Origin: Geobacter metallireducens GS-15
GTDB lineage: Bacteria; Desulfobacterota; Desulfuromonadia; Geobacterales; Geobacteraceae
Assembly: GCF_000012925.1 (NCBI RefSeq)
Contig: NC_007517.1
Span: forward strand, 3,330,001 to 3,362,000
Length of the DNA: 32,000 bases
Direction of reading: 5' to 3'
How positions within the stretch are numbered: position 1 is the first letter of the stretch; every line of letters starts with the position of its first letter. The notes under the pieces are model-generated. The model saw only the letters and a list, made by a program, of their open reading frames with translations, did not search any database and had not been told where the DNA came from. Below are positions 17,329-25,100 of this stretch, piece by piece. Made by a program: the position numbers and the translations under genes.

Positions 17329-17357
17329 TTGACACGGAAAAGCCAATCCATTACTGT
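17329..17357 (+). promoter_or_regulatory. putative sigma70-type promoter of the YkgJ-like gene
   Basis: TTGACA (17329-17334), a 17-nt spacer, then TACTGT (17352-17357), about 50 nt upstream of the ATG at 17408. Confidence 0.45.
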
Positions 17358-17407
17358 CGCCGGAGCCGGCAACGGCCACCAACCGCAGCATACAGAAGGA
17401 GCGATTC

Positions 17408-18112
17408 ATGTGGCAGCAACTTATGGCTGAAGTCAGGGACCAGCAGGCGCTGTTCGACGTTGCGGTCAGGGAGTGGGTTGCCGGCTACGCCCTGAAGCAG
17501 GGGACCATTCTCTGCGGGAAGGGATGCCATGCCTGTTGCAGCCTGGCGGTAAACTGCACCTTTACCGAGGCTCTGGCCGTCTCCACGGTGCTTGCCGACC
17601 GCCATGCCGCGGCCCTGGCAGAGCACGCGGCAGCGATCCGGGCGGCTGCCTTTTCCTCCTCCGATTTCCCGTCGTTTCTCCGGGCACGTCGGGCGCTGGG
17701 CGACTGCCCCTTCCTCGACAACGACGGGGCCTGCGGCGTCTATGGCCGGCGCCCCTTCTCCTGCCGCTCCCTCCTCGCCACCAGGGAGAGCCACTGGTGC
17801 GGCGCCGACTTCTCGATCCTTTCCCGGGAAGAAAAACGGGCCTTCATGGAGAGCCTCGACCAGACGGTGGTGGCCTTTCCCATGCACTACGTGAAGGCCA
17901 CTCAGGATCTGGGGCAGGAGTTCGAGGAGCGCAGCGCCGGCCGCATGATCGAGACCTTCGGCTTCAGCCTCTACGGGAACCTCCCGGCCCTGGTCTTCCT
18001 GGAGCGCGAGCACCGGCTGAGCGAGGCGGCCGCCAAGGGACGGGATGCGGTGCAGGAGCTGGTGGAGCGGGCGGGATACGGCCATCCCTTCCTCGTGTCA
18101 TTCCTTCCCTGA
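17408..18112 (+). CDS. YkgJ/UPF0153-type Cys-cluster (putative Zn/Fe-chelating) protein
   Basis: An AAGGAG RBS precedes the start. The product has an N-terminal CGKGCHACC cluster and a second cluster (CPFLDNDGACGVYGRRPFSCR), the usual layout of the CxxCxxCC family. Confidence 0.65.
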   Translation: MWQQLMAEVRDQQALFDVAVREWVAGYALKQGTILCGKGCHACCSLAVNCTFTEALAVSTVLADRHAAALAEHAAAIRAAAFSSSDFPSFLRARRALGDCPFLDNDGACGVYGRRPFSCRSLLATRESHWCGADFSILSREEKRAFMESLDQTVVAFPMHYVKATQDLGQEFEERSAGRMIETFGFSLYGNLPALVFLEREHRLSEAAAKGRDAVQELVERAGYGHPFLVSFLP

Positions 18113-18136
18113 CCCCTGCCGGACCAGTCTACTTCA

Positions 18137-18973
18137 TCACGGCTTGCGGCAGATCAGCTGTATGGGGTGGGTGCGGCCTTCTTCGATGTTGCGCGCGGCA
18201 TTGCGCATCTTCTCCACCATGGACTCGCCCATGAACAGGTGCAACCCCAAGGGGGGCAGAGCGCCCTTTTCGGCCCGTTCGATCACCTTCCCGTAACCGG
18301 CCACGCACTTGGCTCCGGTATCCTCGACGGTGATGGCTTCGAACCCCGTCCTTTCAAGAATCGCCCGGGTTTCGGCCGGTGCGGTCAGATAGGCGCCGGT
18401 GCCGTCATCGGACCAGGGGACGGGGTAATGGGGCTTCCCCTGCGGTCCCAACCCATGCTCCGAGAGCGCGAAGAAGGCGCCGGGCTTCAGCACGCGGTAC
18501 GCCTCCGCGAAAAATCCCGCGCGTTCGGCCACGTTCATGGTGACGTCCTGAGTATAGGCGCCGTCAAAGCAGGAATCCGGATACGGCAGGCGCTGGCCGT
18601 TGCCCTGGGCAATTTCCACCTGTTGTTCCATGTGGAGAAGCGCCGTCAGCCTGTTAGCCGCCTCCACGAAGGGCCCGGTGATGTCGATGCCGCTCACCCG
18701 GCACTGGAACCGTTTCGCCATATACCGGGCAGGGCCCCCCAGCCCGCAGCCGATATCCAGGATCTGCTCGCCGGCATTGATCGGGAGCCGGTCGGCGAAC
18801 TCCACGGTTGCGGGAAAGCCCCGGGAGTGGAAATGGTCCACCGGCGCCAGCTCTTCAACCGTCAGGCCATCCAGGGGCTTCGCCATCTGGTTCAGAGCCG
18901 CCACGATCAGGCCGAACACGTCGCCTCTCCCCCAATGGTCTGCAATCGCTTGTGCGTCTGTCACATCGCTCAC
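18137..18973 (-). CDS. class I SAM-dependent methyltransferase
   Basis: Motif I is ILDIGCGLGGPARYMA, with a post-I acidic residue (SGIDI). The gene uses a GTG start at 18973, with a GAGGAG RBS 7 nt upstream. Confidence 0.8.
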   Translation of the reverse strand: MSDVTDAQAIADHWGRGDVFGLIVAALNQMAKPLDGLTVEELAPVDHFHSRGFPATVEFADRLPINAGEQILDIGCGLGGPARYMAKRFQCRVSGIDITGPFVEAANRLTALLHMEQQVEIAQGNGQRLPYPDSCFDGAYTQDVTMNVAERAGFFAEAYRVLKPGAFFALSEHGLGPQGKPHYPVPWSDDGTGAYLTAPAETRAILERTGFEAITVEDTGAKCVAGYGKVIERAEKGALPPLGLHLFMGESMVEKMRNAARNIEEGRTHPIQLICRKP

Positions 18974-18991
18974 GGTCGCGCTCCTCTAATC

Positions 18992-19498
18992 CTACCTGCC
19001 ATTATTCAGATAATACTCCAGGGTCTCCGGAGAGAAGCCTGACATCTTGTTCGACCCGATGATGATCAGCGGCACGCCGTTCCCTCCAAGCTCCCGGTGC
19101 CGCTGCCGGGCGGCGCTGTCCTTTTCGATGTCGTAGGCCACGTAGGGAATCCCCTTGCTCTTCAGGTAGCTCTCCGCCCGCCGGCAGTAGCCGCACCATG
19201 AAGTCACGTACATCTCCACCGTGCCGGTGAAGTGTTCTTTTTTGGGGGAAGCGGGTTGCGCTTCCGCTGCGGCAGCGCCCTTGGCGCTACGCTTGGCGGG
19301 CGTCGGCTGCGGGGGAGGAGCCGGAGCGAAGTCGCCATCGTTGTAGACCTTCACCTTCTTGCGCTTCTTGGATGGGGGAGGAGGCGTGTCCGTGATGACC
19401 ACGGTCCCCTTCCCGTCCACCCACTGGTACATCTCGGCGCCGGCGAGGGAACAGGAAAGGTGCAGGATGAGGATGGAAAGGAGTGTGCGTGTTGGCAT
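18992..19498 (-). CDS. exported DUF4124 domain / glutaredoxin-like fusion protein
   Basis: The ATG at 19498 has an AGGAGG RBS. The signal peptide is MPTRTLLSILILHLSCSLAGA, and a DUF4124-like MYQWVDGKGTVVITDTPPP follows. A Pro/Lys/Ala linker then leads to a Grx fold carrying a CGYC active site (VEMYVTSWCGYCRRAESYLKSKGIPY...). The ORF-track extension to 19753 runs through sugE. Confidence 0.75.
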   Translation of the reverse strand: MPTRTLLSILILHLSCSLAGAEMYQWVDGKGTVVITDTPPPPSKKRKKVKVYNDGDFAPAPPPQPTPAKRSAKGAAAAEAQPASPKKEHFTGTVEMYVTSWCGYCRRAESYLKSKGIPYVAYDIEKDSAARQRHRELGGNGVPLIIIGSNKMSGFSPETLEYYLNNGR

Positions 19499-19532
19499 TG
19501 GTCCTCCTGACAATGGAGTTGGCGCACAGGTA

Positions 19533-19850
19533 TCAATGCGCCATTTTGAGCGTGGCAACACCAGCCACGATAAGTGCCACGCCCGCGTATCGAGCAATTG
19601 ACGTCGGATCACCATAATAGTGAACCCCGACAAGAAAGGTTCCAGCAGCGCCGATGCCTGTCCAGACGGCATAGGCAGTGCCGATTGGAATTTGCCGTTG
19701 AGCCATCCAAAGAAAAAGTCCGCTGAACGCCATGAAAACAACGGCGACTCCAATGCCCGGCCACCGGGTCTCGGGTGCTTGTGCCATCTTCAGGCCGACT
19801 GGTCAGCCGATCTCAAAGAGGCCGGCAAGAACGAGGTAAAACCATGCCAT
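19533..19850 (-). pseudogene. sugE: SMR-family transporter (SugE/Gdx-like) interrupted by an in-frame TGA
   Basis: My own translation from the ATG at 19850 (GGAG 6 nt upstream) gives MAWFYLVLAGLFEIG*PVGLKMAQAPETRWPGIGVAVVFMAF...IPIGTAYAVWTGIGAAG...ALIVAGVATLKMAH. This aligns residue for residue with E. coli SugE ([26 protein letters not shown]...). The TGA at 19805-19803 sits exactly at the conserved Trp. The ORF track shows only the 84-aa downstream piece, which lacks the essential membrane Glu. Confidence 0.75.
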
Positions 19851-19929
19851 GATGATCTCCGTACTTGGGAACTAATGGAGCGGGGGATTGACCTGCCGGG
19901 CGGATTCCCCGCCCGGTCTGAGTGCGTGG

Positions 19930-20211
19930 TCATGCCAGTTCAATTTTCAGGCTTTTGCCGAGGGCAAGGGCCGCTCTTTCGAGGGTTTGGAGGGTAACGG
20001 AAACATTGGCGGGATCAAGGAGCCTGTCAAGGGCAGTGCGACTGGTGCACATCCTTTCAGCCATGGCGGTTTTTGAGAGATTCGCCAGTTTCATCTCCTG
20101 CTCTATCTGGAATGCGATAACCCTCTTGATTGCGGCAGCTTCCGCCTCCGCACGCAGCCCTTCTTCTTCAAGAAAGTCGTCAAAGCTCGATCCTACATGT
20201 TCGTTTTTCAT
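19930..20211 (-). CDS. XRE/HTH antitoxin (COG5606-like partner of Gp49/HigB-type toxins)
   Basis: The 93-aa product is MKNEHVGSSFDDFLEEEGLRAEAEAAAIKRVIAFQIEQEMKLANLSKTAMAERMCTSRTALDRLLDPANVSVTLQTLERAALALGKSLKIELA. It has the typical SFDDFLxEEG N-terminus followed by an HTH. Its ATG overlaps the stop of the upstream toxin frame as ATGA. The 181-aa ORF in the track is this gene plus unrelated upstream read-in. Confidence 0.8.
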   Translation of the reverse strand: MKNEHVGSSFDDFLEEEGLRAEAEAAAIKRVIAFQIEQEMKLANLSKTAMAERMCTSRTALDRLLDPANVSVTLQTLERAALALGKSLKIELA

Positions 20212-20471
20212 TTTGTGCCTCTCTTGCAATTGCCAAGGCGGCTTAATGCCGTCTTCAGTTCGTTTTGTGGGGTCTTTTGAGATTTCTTGATGAAGCCATG
20301 CAGTAAGATCATGTAGTCGCTGTCCACCGTGAAGAAAACCCGAGCAATACCATCCGCCAATCTGATTCTGACCTCTCATATATCCTTGTCGATCTTTCTG
20401 AATTTGGGTGGTGAATAACGGTTGGGGAGATCGCCTGACCAAATTGTGGGGGGATCTGCTTGGTTGGGCTC
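20208..20471 (-). pseudogene. decayed Gp49/RelE-ParE-type toxin (N-terminally truncated, internal TGA)
   Basis: My own translation of the third minus frame gives ...SPPKFRKIDKDI*EVRIRLADGIARVFFTVDSDYMILLHGFIKKSQKTPQNELKTALSRL.... The block (W/Y)E(V/L)RI...RVFF...LLHGFxKK(S/T)QKTPxxE is the core of phage Gp49-like (PF05973-type) toxins as I recall it. The in-frame TGA lies at 20378-20376. No start codon exists between the upstream stop (20472-20474) and that TGA. Confidence 0.6.
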
Positions 20472-20481
20472 TCATTCGCTG

Positions 20482-21891
20482 TCAATAAGAATAGCACTCC
20501 GCAAACTTCTTATTGATAATAGGTTCTTCTGTGAAAGAATACTCCCTTTTTGCCTCCTCCCAGCTGCTCACAACACCCCTCTGTAACAGAGCGTTTGGAG
20601 TTCTTTGGCTCCACAAGTTCTCCAGCTCTTCATAACAGCTGAATTGTCTTATCTGTACCGGAGCAATATCCCCACTCATAGTTTTCGCAACTCTAGCTTC
20701 ATCTAATAATTCAACAAGCTGTTCGTAACTCATACCGCTTCGTAGCTTCACCTTCATCCTCGCAAGACTTTCCTCAAATCTAACGTTTTTGGAAGTCGTG
20801 TGTTCCTGCACAGGCGGAGGAGAGGCAACTGAGGAGGACGACAAGTTGCGCATGACAGGTGTTTTCGCTACTTCGTGTAGTTGAGGGGCGGTCTGAGAAT
20901 TAATCTTGTTATTGTCCTCTGTTCCGCGAAATAACGCCACAAGCCCTATCAGCGAGGCAATTGCCGCAAGAATCATCAGAATGACATAGACAGGATGCCG
21001 TTGTGCCCTGTCCCATACAGTCTGGCTCCTTTCCCTGTCCATCCTTTCCCGCTGTCGGTCCGATAGAGTTATTTCCCGTTTGAAATACATCGGGCTGGTT
21101 GCGATTAAATGTTTTTCCCAGTCCGACGTGGCGGCGTTCTTATTGATCTTGACAAAGCTCAGTTCATAGTCGGGATCTTTGTAATAGTGCATCTTCACCG
21201 TATCGCCAGTAATCCTATAATCGTCCAACGCTCTTTGCAGGTGCGGATTTTCTTGCCGACAGTAGATTTCGTACGTTTTTATTTCAGGGTGTTCATACAT
21301 TTCAACGATCAGGTTTTCAACGTCCTGCGCGGTATAGTCGTCGCATTCCGTTATGGAAACCAAGTGGCTGGTAATCGAATCCGGCATGCCGATGTCGGGA
21401 AAAATCGGTTTGGGGCCATCCTTGCCTTTCCCGACCCTTAACAACGAATAAAGCGGGCATTGGGTGTAATGCATCGACTCAACCAAGCTCCAATTCCATC
21501 GCCAGTCTTCGGGCGTGGCCCCCTCATTGCGAAGCGTTTTATGAGTGCAATCTACATCTATTTCATCTGCAAACCTATGCAGTTCAGCGGCAAAAAGACC
21601 AAAGCGGTCATACGACACTTCAGGGCAAAACCGCATGAAGTGCTTAACCTCGTTTCCTGGTCCTGATATTGAGGTTGCTTGTTCGGCGGTGACCGGCCAT
21701 ACCTCAGTTTGCTCCCACTGTTGTTTTAATCTGCTATCTTCAGCAGGGGCGATTCCAGTACTTCCAGCCTCACCAAGCAAGGATAGGCTTTGGTAGTATC
21801 TTGGGCAGTGATATACCGTGGCATAGGGACAGCGAGGACTTAGTTGTTGTTGCGTACTGATGCTTAAATACCAATCCAAATTCGGGATCAT
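20482..21891 (-). CDS. hypothetical membrane-anchored protein (469 aa), Cys-rich N-terminal domain, one central TM helix
   Basis: The ATG at 21891 has GGAG 7 nt upstream; the TTG at 21897 used by the track is also possible. It has a single hydrophobic helix, VYVILMILAAIASLIGLVALF, near ORF-track residue 303-323. N-terminal motifs include CPYATVYHCPRYYQSL and FCPEVSYDRFG. I recognise no family. G+C is mixed (two lines spot-counted at 40% and 58%). Confidence 0.6.
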   Translation of the reverse strand: MIPNLDWYLSISTQQQLSPRCPYATVYHCPRYYQSLSLLGEAGSTGIAPAEDSRLKQQWEQTEVWPVTAEQATSISGPGNEVKHFMRFCPEVSYDRFGLFAAELHRFADEIDVDCTHKTLRNEGATPEDWRWNWSLVESMHYTQCPLYSLLRVGKGKDGPKPIFPDIGMPDSITSHLVSITECDDYTAQDVENLIVEMYEHPEIKTYEIYCRQENPHLQRALDDYRITGDTVKMHYYKDPDYELSFVKINKNAATSDWEKHLIATSPMYFKREITLSDRQRERMDRERSQTVWDRAQRHPVYVILMILAAIASLIGLVALFRGTEDNNKINSQTAPQLHEVAKTPVMRNLSSSSVASPPPVQEHTTSKNVRFEESLARMKVKLRSGMSYEQLVELLDEARVAKTMSGDIAPVQIRQFSCYEELENLWSQRTPNALLQRGVVSSWEEAKREYSFTEEPIINKKFAECYSY

Positions 21892-21909
21892 TGCCAACTC
21901 CGATTGTTT

Positions 21910-23394
21910 AGTCGCCCCTGAAAAAGTATAACATACTGATGTTATTGATATAATTTGCGTTTATTGTGTGGTAAAATCGCCAGCAATTGAATCAACACTC
22001 TCAAAACCTGGTGATTTCATGAAACCAAAAACAAGCGCCACCGGCCAGGAAGATCTGTTCCGCTCCCGACTCGATCAGATCCTCAACGCCGGCATCCCCT
22101 GTTCCGCCTGGCCAACACCATCGACTGGACGGTCTTTGACAAGGAGTTTGGTTCCCACTACGTCGCCAAAATCGGTCGACCGGGACTGCCGATCCGTTTG
22201 CTGGTCGGGCTGCACTACCTCAAGCATGCCTACAATGTGAGCGATGAGGCGGTGGTAGCCCAGTTCATCGAAAACGGTTACTGGCAGTACTTCTGCGGCT
22301 TCGAACACTTCCAGCACCAGTTCCCGCTCGATCCGACCACGTTGGTCAAGTGGCGCAAGCGCATCGGACCCAAGGGGATGGAGAAGTTGCTCCAGGTGAC
22401 CATCGAGACGGCCAAGGGCAAGGAGTACGTGACCGAAAAAGACCTGGAGCGAGTCAACGTCGACACCACGGTCCAGGAAAAGGCCATCGCCTTTCCGACC
22501 GACGCCCGACTTTACCACAAGGCCCGGCGTATTCTGGTGCGGCTCGCCAGAAGAGGCGGCATCGAGCTTCGCCAGAGTTACGAGCGACTTGGCAAGCGGG
22601 CCTTCATCATGCAGGGTCGTTACAGCCACGCCCGGCAGACGAAACGGGCCAAGCGGGAACAAAAGCGGCTGCGCCTGTACCTTGGCCGGGTGATTCGTGA
22701 CATCCAACGCAAATGCGAGGCTCCGGCCCCTCTGCTGGCCACCATGCTGGAGCGGGCGAAGCGGATCTTTGGCCAGAAGCGAAACGACTCGAACAAGCTC
22801 TACAGCATGCAGGCCCCCGAAGTGGAATGCATCGCCAAGGGCAAGGCCCACAAGAAATACGAATTTGGCTGCAAGGTATCGCTGGTCAGCACCTCAGAGA
22901 ACAGCTGGATCGTCGGCGTTCAGGCCGTCCATGGCAACCCGTATGACGGGCATACCCTAAAAGAGGCGCTCGATCAGGCACAGGCCATCAGTGGCTGGCG
23001 CCCCCAGCATGCTTATTGCGACAAAGGCTACAAAGGCGCCCCGGCAAAACTCGACAGCACCGAGATCCATCTGGCCAACAAGAAAAAGAAGAGCATGAAG
23101 GCCAGCGCCTGGAAATGGTATCGCAGGCGCAGCGGCATCGAGCCGATTATCGGCCACGTCAAGCAAGACCACCGGATGGACCGCAACTACCTGAAGGGCG
23201 AAGAAGGCGACAAAATCAACGCCATCCTGGCCGGGTGCGGCTTCAACATCAGGAAGCTCCTCAGAGCTATCCTTTTGTGGCTTTTCAAAGAGCGATTCAG
23301 GGGCATCGATCTGAACCTGATGCCCTTGCTGGAGTGCTTACCCTGCCGGTTTCAGACCAACTGAGACCGTTTGGGGACTTTTTCAGGGACGACT
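21910..23394 (+). mobile_element. IS5-family insertion sequence (about 1485 bp)
   Basis: The 18-bp terminal inverted repeats match 17/18: AGTCGCCCCTGAAAAAGT (21910-21927) against the reverse complement of 23377-23394 (AGTCGTCCCTGAAAAAGT). The element is flanked by direct repeats TGTTT (21905-21909 and 23395-23399). Because the 8-mer TTGTTTAG occurs at both junctions, the exact end and target-site duplication length (4-7 bp, possibly a YTAR-type TTAG) are ambiguous. It encloses a DDE transposase gene. Confidence 0.8.
22019..23364 (+). pseudogene. IS5-family (DUF772 + DDE_Tnp_1) transposase with a frameshift near 22087
   Basis: Frame A from the ATG at 22019 reads MKPKTSATGQEDLFRSRLDQILN. The homologous continuation RRHPLFRLANTIDWTVFDKEFGSHYVAKIGRPGLPIRLLVGLHYLKHAYNVSDE... 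lies in the -1 frame from 22087. This is consistent with loss of one C from AAC CGC CGG. The downstream frame has DDE-like blocks (NVDTTVQEK, AYCDKGY, GIEPIIGHVKQ). Confidence 0.75.
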
Positions 23395-23485
23395 TGTTTA
23401 GCCTACCAACTGGACCGGACTTGACCCGCCCGCCCAGTTTCTTTGGGCGGTCGGTGTCCAAGGGCGTGGTTATACCCTGTCCTCT

Positions 23486-24130
23486 CTATGTTCGTGCGCT
23501 TGCAAATGGCTCAAGCATAGGGAATTGACGTTTAACAGCATATGCGAGTTTGTCGTAGATGGCCTGATCTCCAGCATCATGTGTTGCCATACATAAATAG
23601 TAATTGTTTCCATCTTGTTTGGCGAAGATGAGCCATTCTCCAGTCATACGTCCTTCATCGGAACGAGCCTCAAAAGGTTCGTGGACGACACGATGCGCCA
23701 ACTCGTTTATCATCTCACGCGTAATGATAGGTGACTTATTGGGATCTAATACTTCGTTTACTAAATTTTCGAGCTTTCCTCCGCGATTTAACTCTGCATG
23801 TATGTTGTGAGGCACGAAATGAGCTGAAAAGTAGTGCTTGTGCCATAATGGATGTAGTGGAGGATGTTTAAACTGCGTAGCAGGTTTGACGAAACTGGTA
23901 TGACTACTGCTTTCCAATGCTTTAATTTCTTGAACGATTTGTGTTGGGTCGATGCCATTTACTTCCAAATTTACCAACATATCCACCACAAGCAGCCATG
24001 AATATCGATTGGGTGCTACTGCATCAAGTCCTGTTAGGTCGGCGAAATCAGCTAATCGCTCATGAGTAATTTCTTTGATATAATCTCCGACATGTACTCG
24101 CAGTGTGACATTTGTAATTGGTTCGTTCAT
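23486..24130 (-). CDS. hypothetical protein C (214 aa), third gene of the island operon
   Basis: The ORF is intact, with an ATG at 24130 and an AGGAG RBS 7 nt upstream. G+C is low. The protein is soluble and has a His-rich segment (HPPLHPLWHKHYFSAHFVPHNIH). I recognise no family. Confidence 0.6.
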   Translation of the reverse strand: MNEPITNVTLRVHVGDYIKEITHERLADFADLTGLDAVAPNRYSWLLVVDMLVNLEVNGIDPTQIVQEIKALESSSHTSFVKPATQFKHPPLHPLWHKHYFSAHFVPHNIHAELNRGGKLENLVNEVLDPNKSPIITREMINELAHRVVHEPFEARSDEGRMTGEWLIFAKQDGNNYYLCMATHDAGDQAIYDKLAYAVKRQFPMLEPFASART

Positions 24131-24170
24131 ATTATTGCTCCTATTTTTACTGAAGAAGCCCTAATCGCTT

Positions 24171-25100
24171 TTATATCTCATCATCTCTTGCGCGATCTTT
24201 ATTTCGACCACTCCGCGGCATTGCTTCAGGGACTCCTTCTCCAGGCGAAACTATTGTCCGAATGTTTGCATCTTTGAGCCTTTCTCTAAGCACTGATGCC
24301 ATTGTTCTGCCTGTCGCTTTAGCTTCTTCAAAGGCTTCATGGATTTCATCACCTGAGATGGTGCCACCTTCTGGTGCCATTACGATTGTACTCATGTGAA
24401 AAGCCGCTTCGGCGTCAGTCGTAGGTGTTGACTTGTCTATGATGAAATTGAGAGCATCCTCATTGCTGAAAATGGCTTCCATGCCATCTCCTCGACCATA
24501 CGAATGCTTGACTATGTCACTGTTGTTTATAAGCAGTTCCAGATCGCATAGGTCCTCGTTATGAAACGGAATATGAAAATCGTTGTACTTTATAAAGGGC
24601 ATCTTGTTCACATACATTTGCATGTGGTAGTGCGGAAAATCGCTATTCCTACTTGTAGAATGCCCTTTAAAGTCGGTGTCTGAACAAGAATACGACCAGG
24701 TTATATGCTTGTATCTTGCAGTAAAATCGAAAATCTTATTTCCTGAATGCTCATCTTTTAAATCGTTGATATTTCTTATTGGTCCATCAATAGCTGCCAC
24801 CCATCTTGCATAGGCGGATATTCTAAAGTACCTGAAGTTCTCCATAAGGTATTTAAAGTGGTTTTTCTTGAACCCTTTTGGTTTTAAAAGCCAATGAAGG
24901 CAAGGATTACTAACGCTAAAGGTTTTCAGTGGCTTGTTGCAAATGCTGCAAACGCCTTTTCTGAAGAGTTCTGAGAAGTTTTCCCAATCCTCTTCCGCCC
25001 GCAGTGCCTCAATTTGACTACCCTTACGCTTCTCTTTTTCTGGTAGTTCCCTGAACCATTTTGCAAATTCGACCGGATTAATTTCAGTTTGTTTTTTCAT
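24171..25100 (-). CDS. hypothetical protein B (309 aa) with CxxC...CxH and His-rich motifs
   Basis: The ORF is intact, with an ATG at 25100. It carries C51-x2-C54-x12-C67-x-H69 (CSICNKPLKTFSVSNPCLH), then FPHYHMQMY and HIPFHNEDL. No TM helix is present. I recognise no family. Confidence 0.6.
   Translation of the reverse strand: MKKQTEINPVEFAKWFRELPEKEKRKGSQIEALRAEEDWENFSELFRKGVCSICNKPLKTFSVSNPCLHWLLKPKGFKKNHFKYLMENFRYFRISAYARWVAAIDGPIRNINDLKDEHSGNKIFDFTARYKHITWSYSCSDTDFKGHSTSRNSDFPHYHMQMYVNKMPFIKYNDFHIPFHNEDLCDLELLINNSDIVKHSYGRGDGMEAIFSNEDALNFIIDKSTPTTDAEAAFHMSTIVMAPEGGTISGDEIHEAFEEAKATGRTMASVLRERLKDANIRTIVSPGEGVPEAMPRSGRNKDRARDDEI

Noticed and set aside
19803-20378. Idea that TGA is decoded as Trp (or Sec) here, because two in-frame TGAs fall at Trp-like positions
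   Set aside because: TGA clearly acts as a stop in neighbouring genes (cstA, folA, higB and the decayed Gp49-like toxin, including the ATGA overlaps). I see no SECIS-like hairpin just downstream, and neither protein family is a known selenoprotein. Pseudogenisation or sequencing error is more economical.
19930-20475. 181-aa ORF that looks like one protein
   Set aside because: Only the last 93 codons (from the ATG at 20211) resemble an XRE antitoxin. The upstream 88 codons are an out-of-frame read across the decayed toxin gene.
22080-22095. Programmed -1 ribosomal frameshift in the IS5 transposase
   Set aside because: No slippery heptamer (X XXY YYZ) or downstream structure lies at the shift point. 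As far as I recall, transposases of this architecture are single-ORF, and the sequence is explained by loss of one C.
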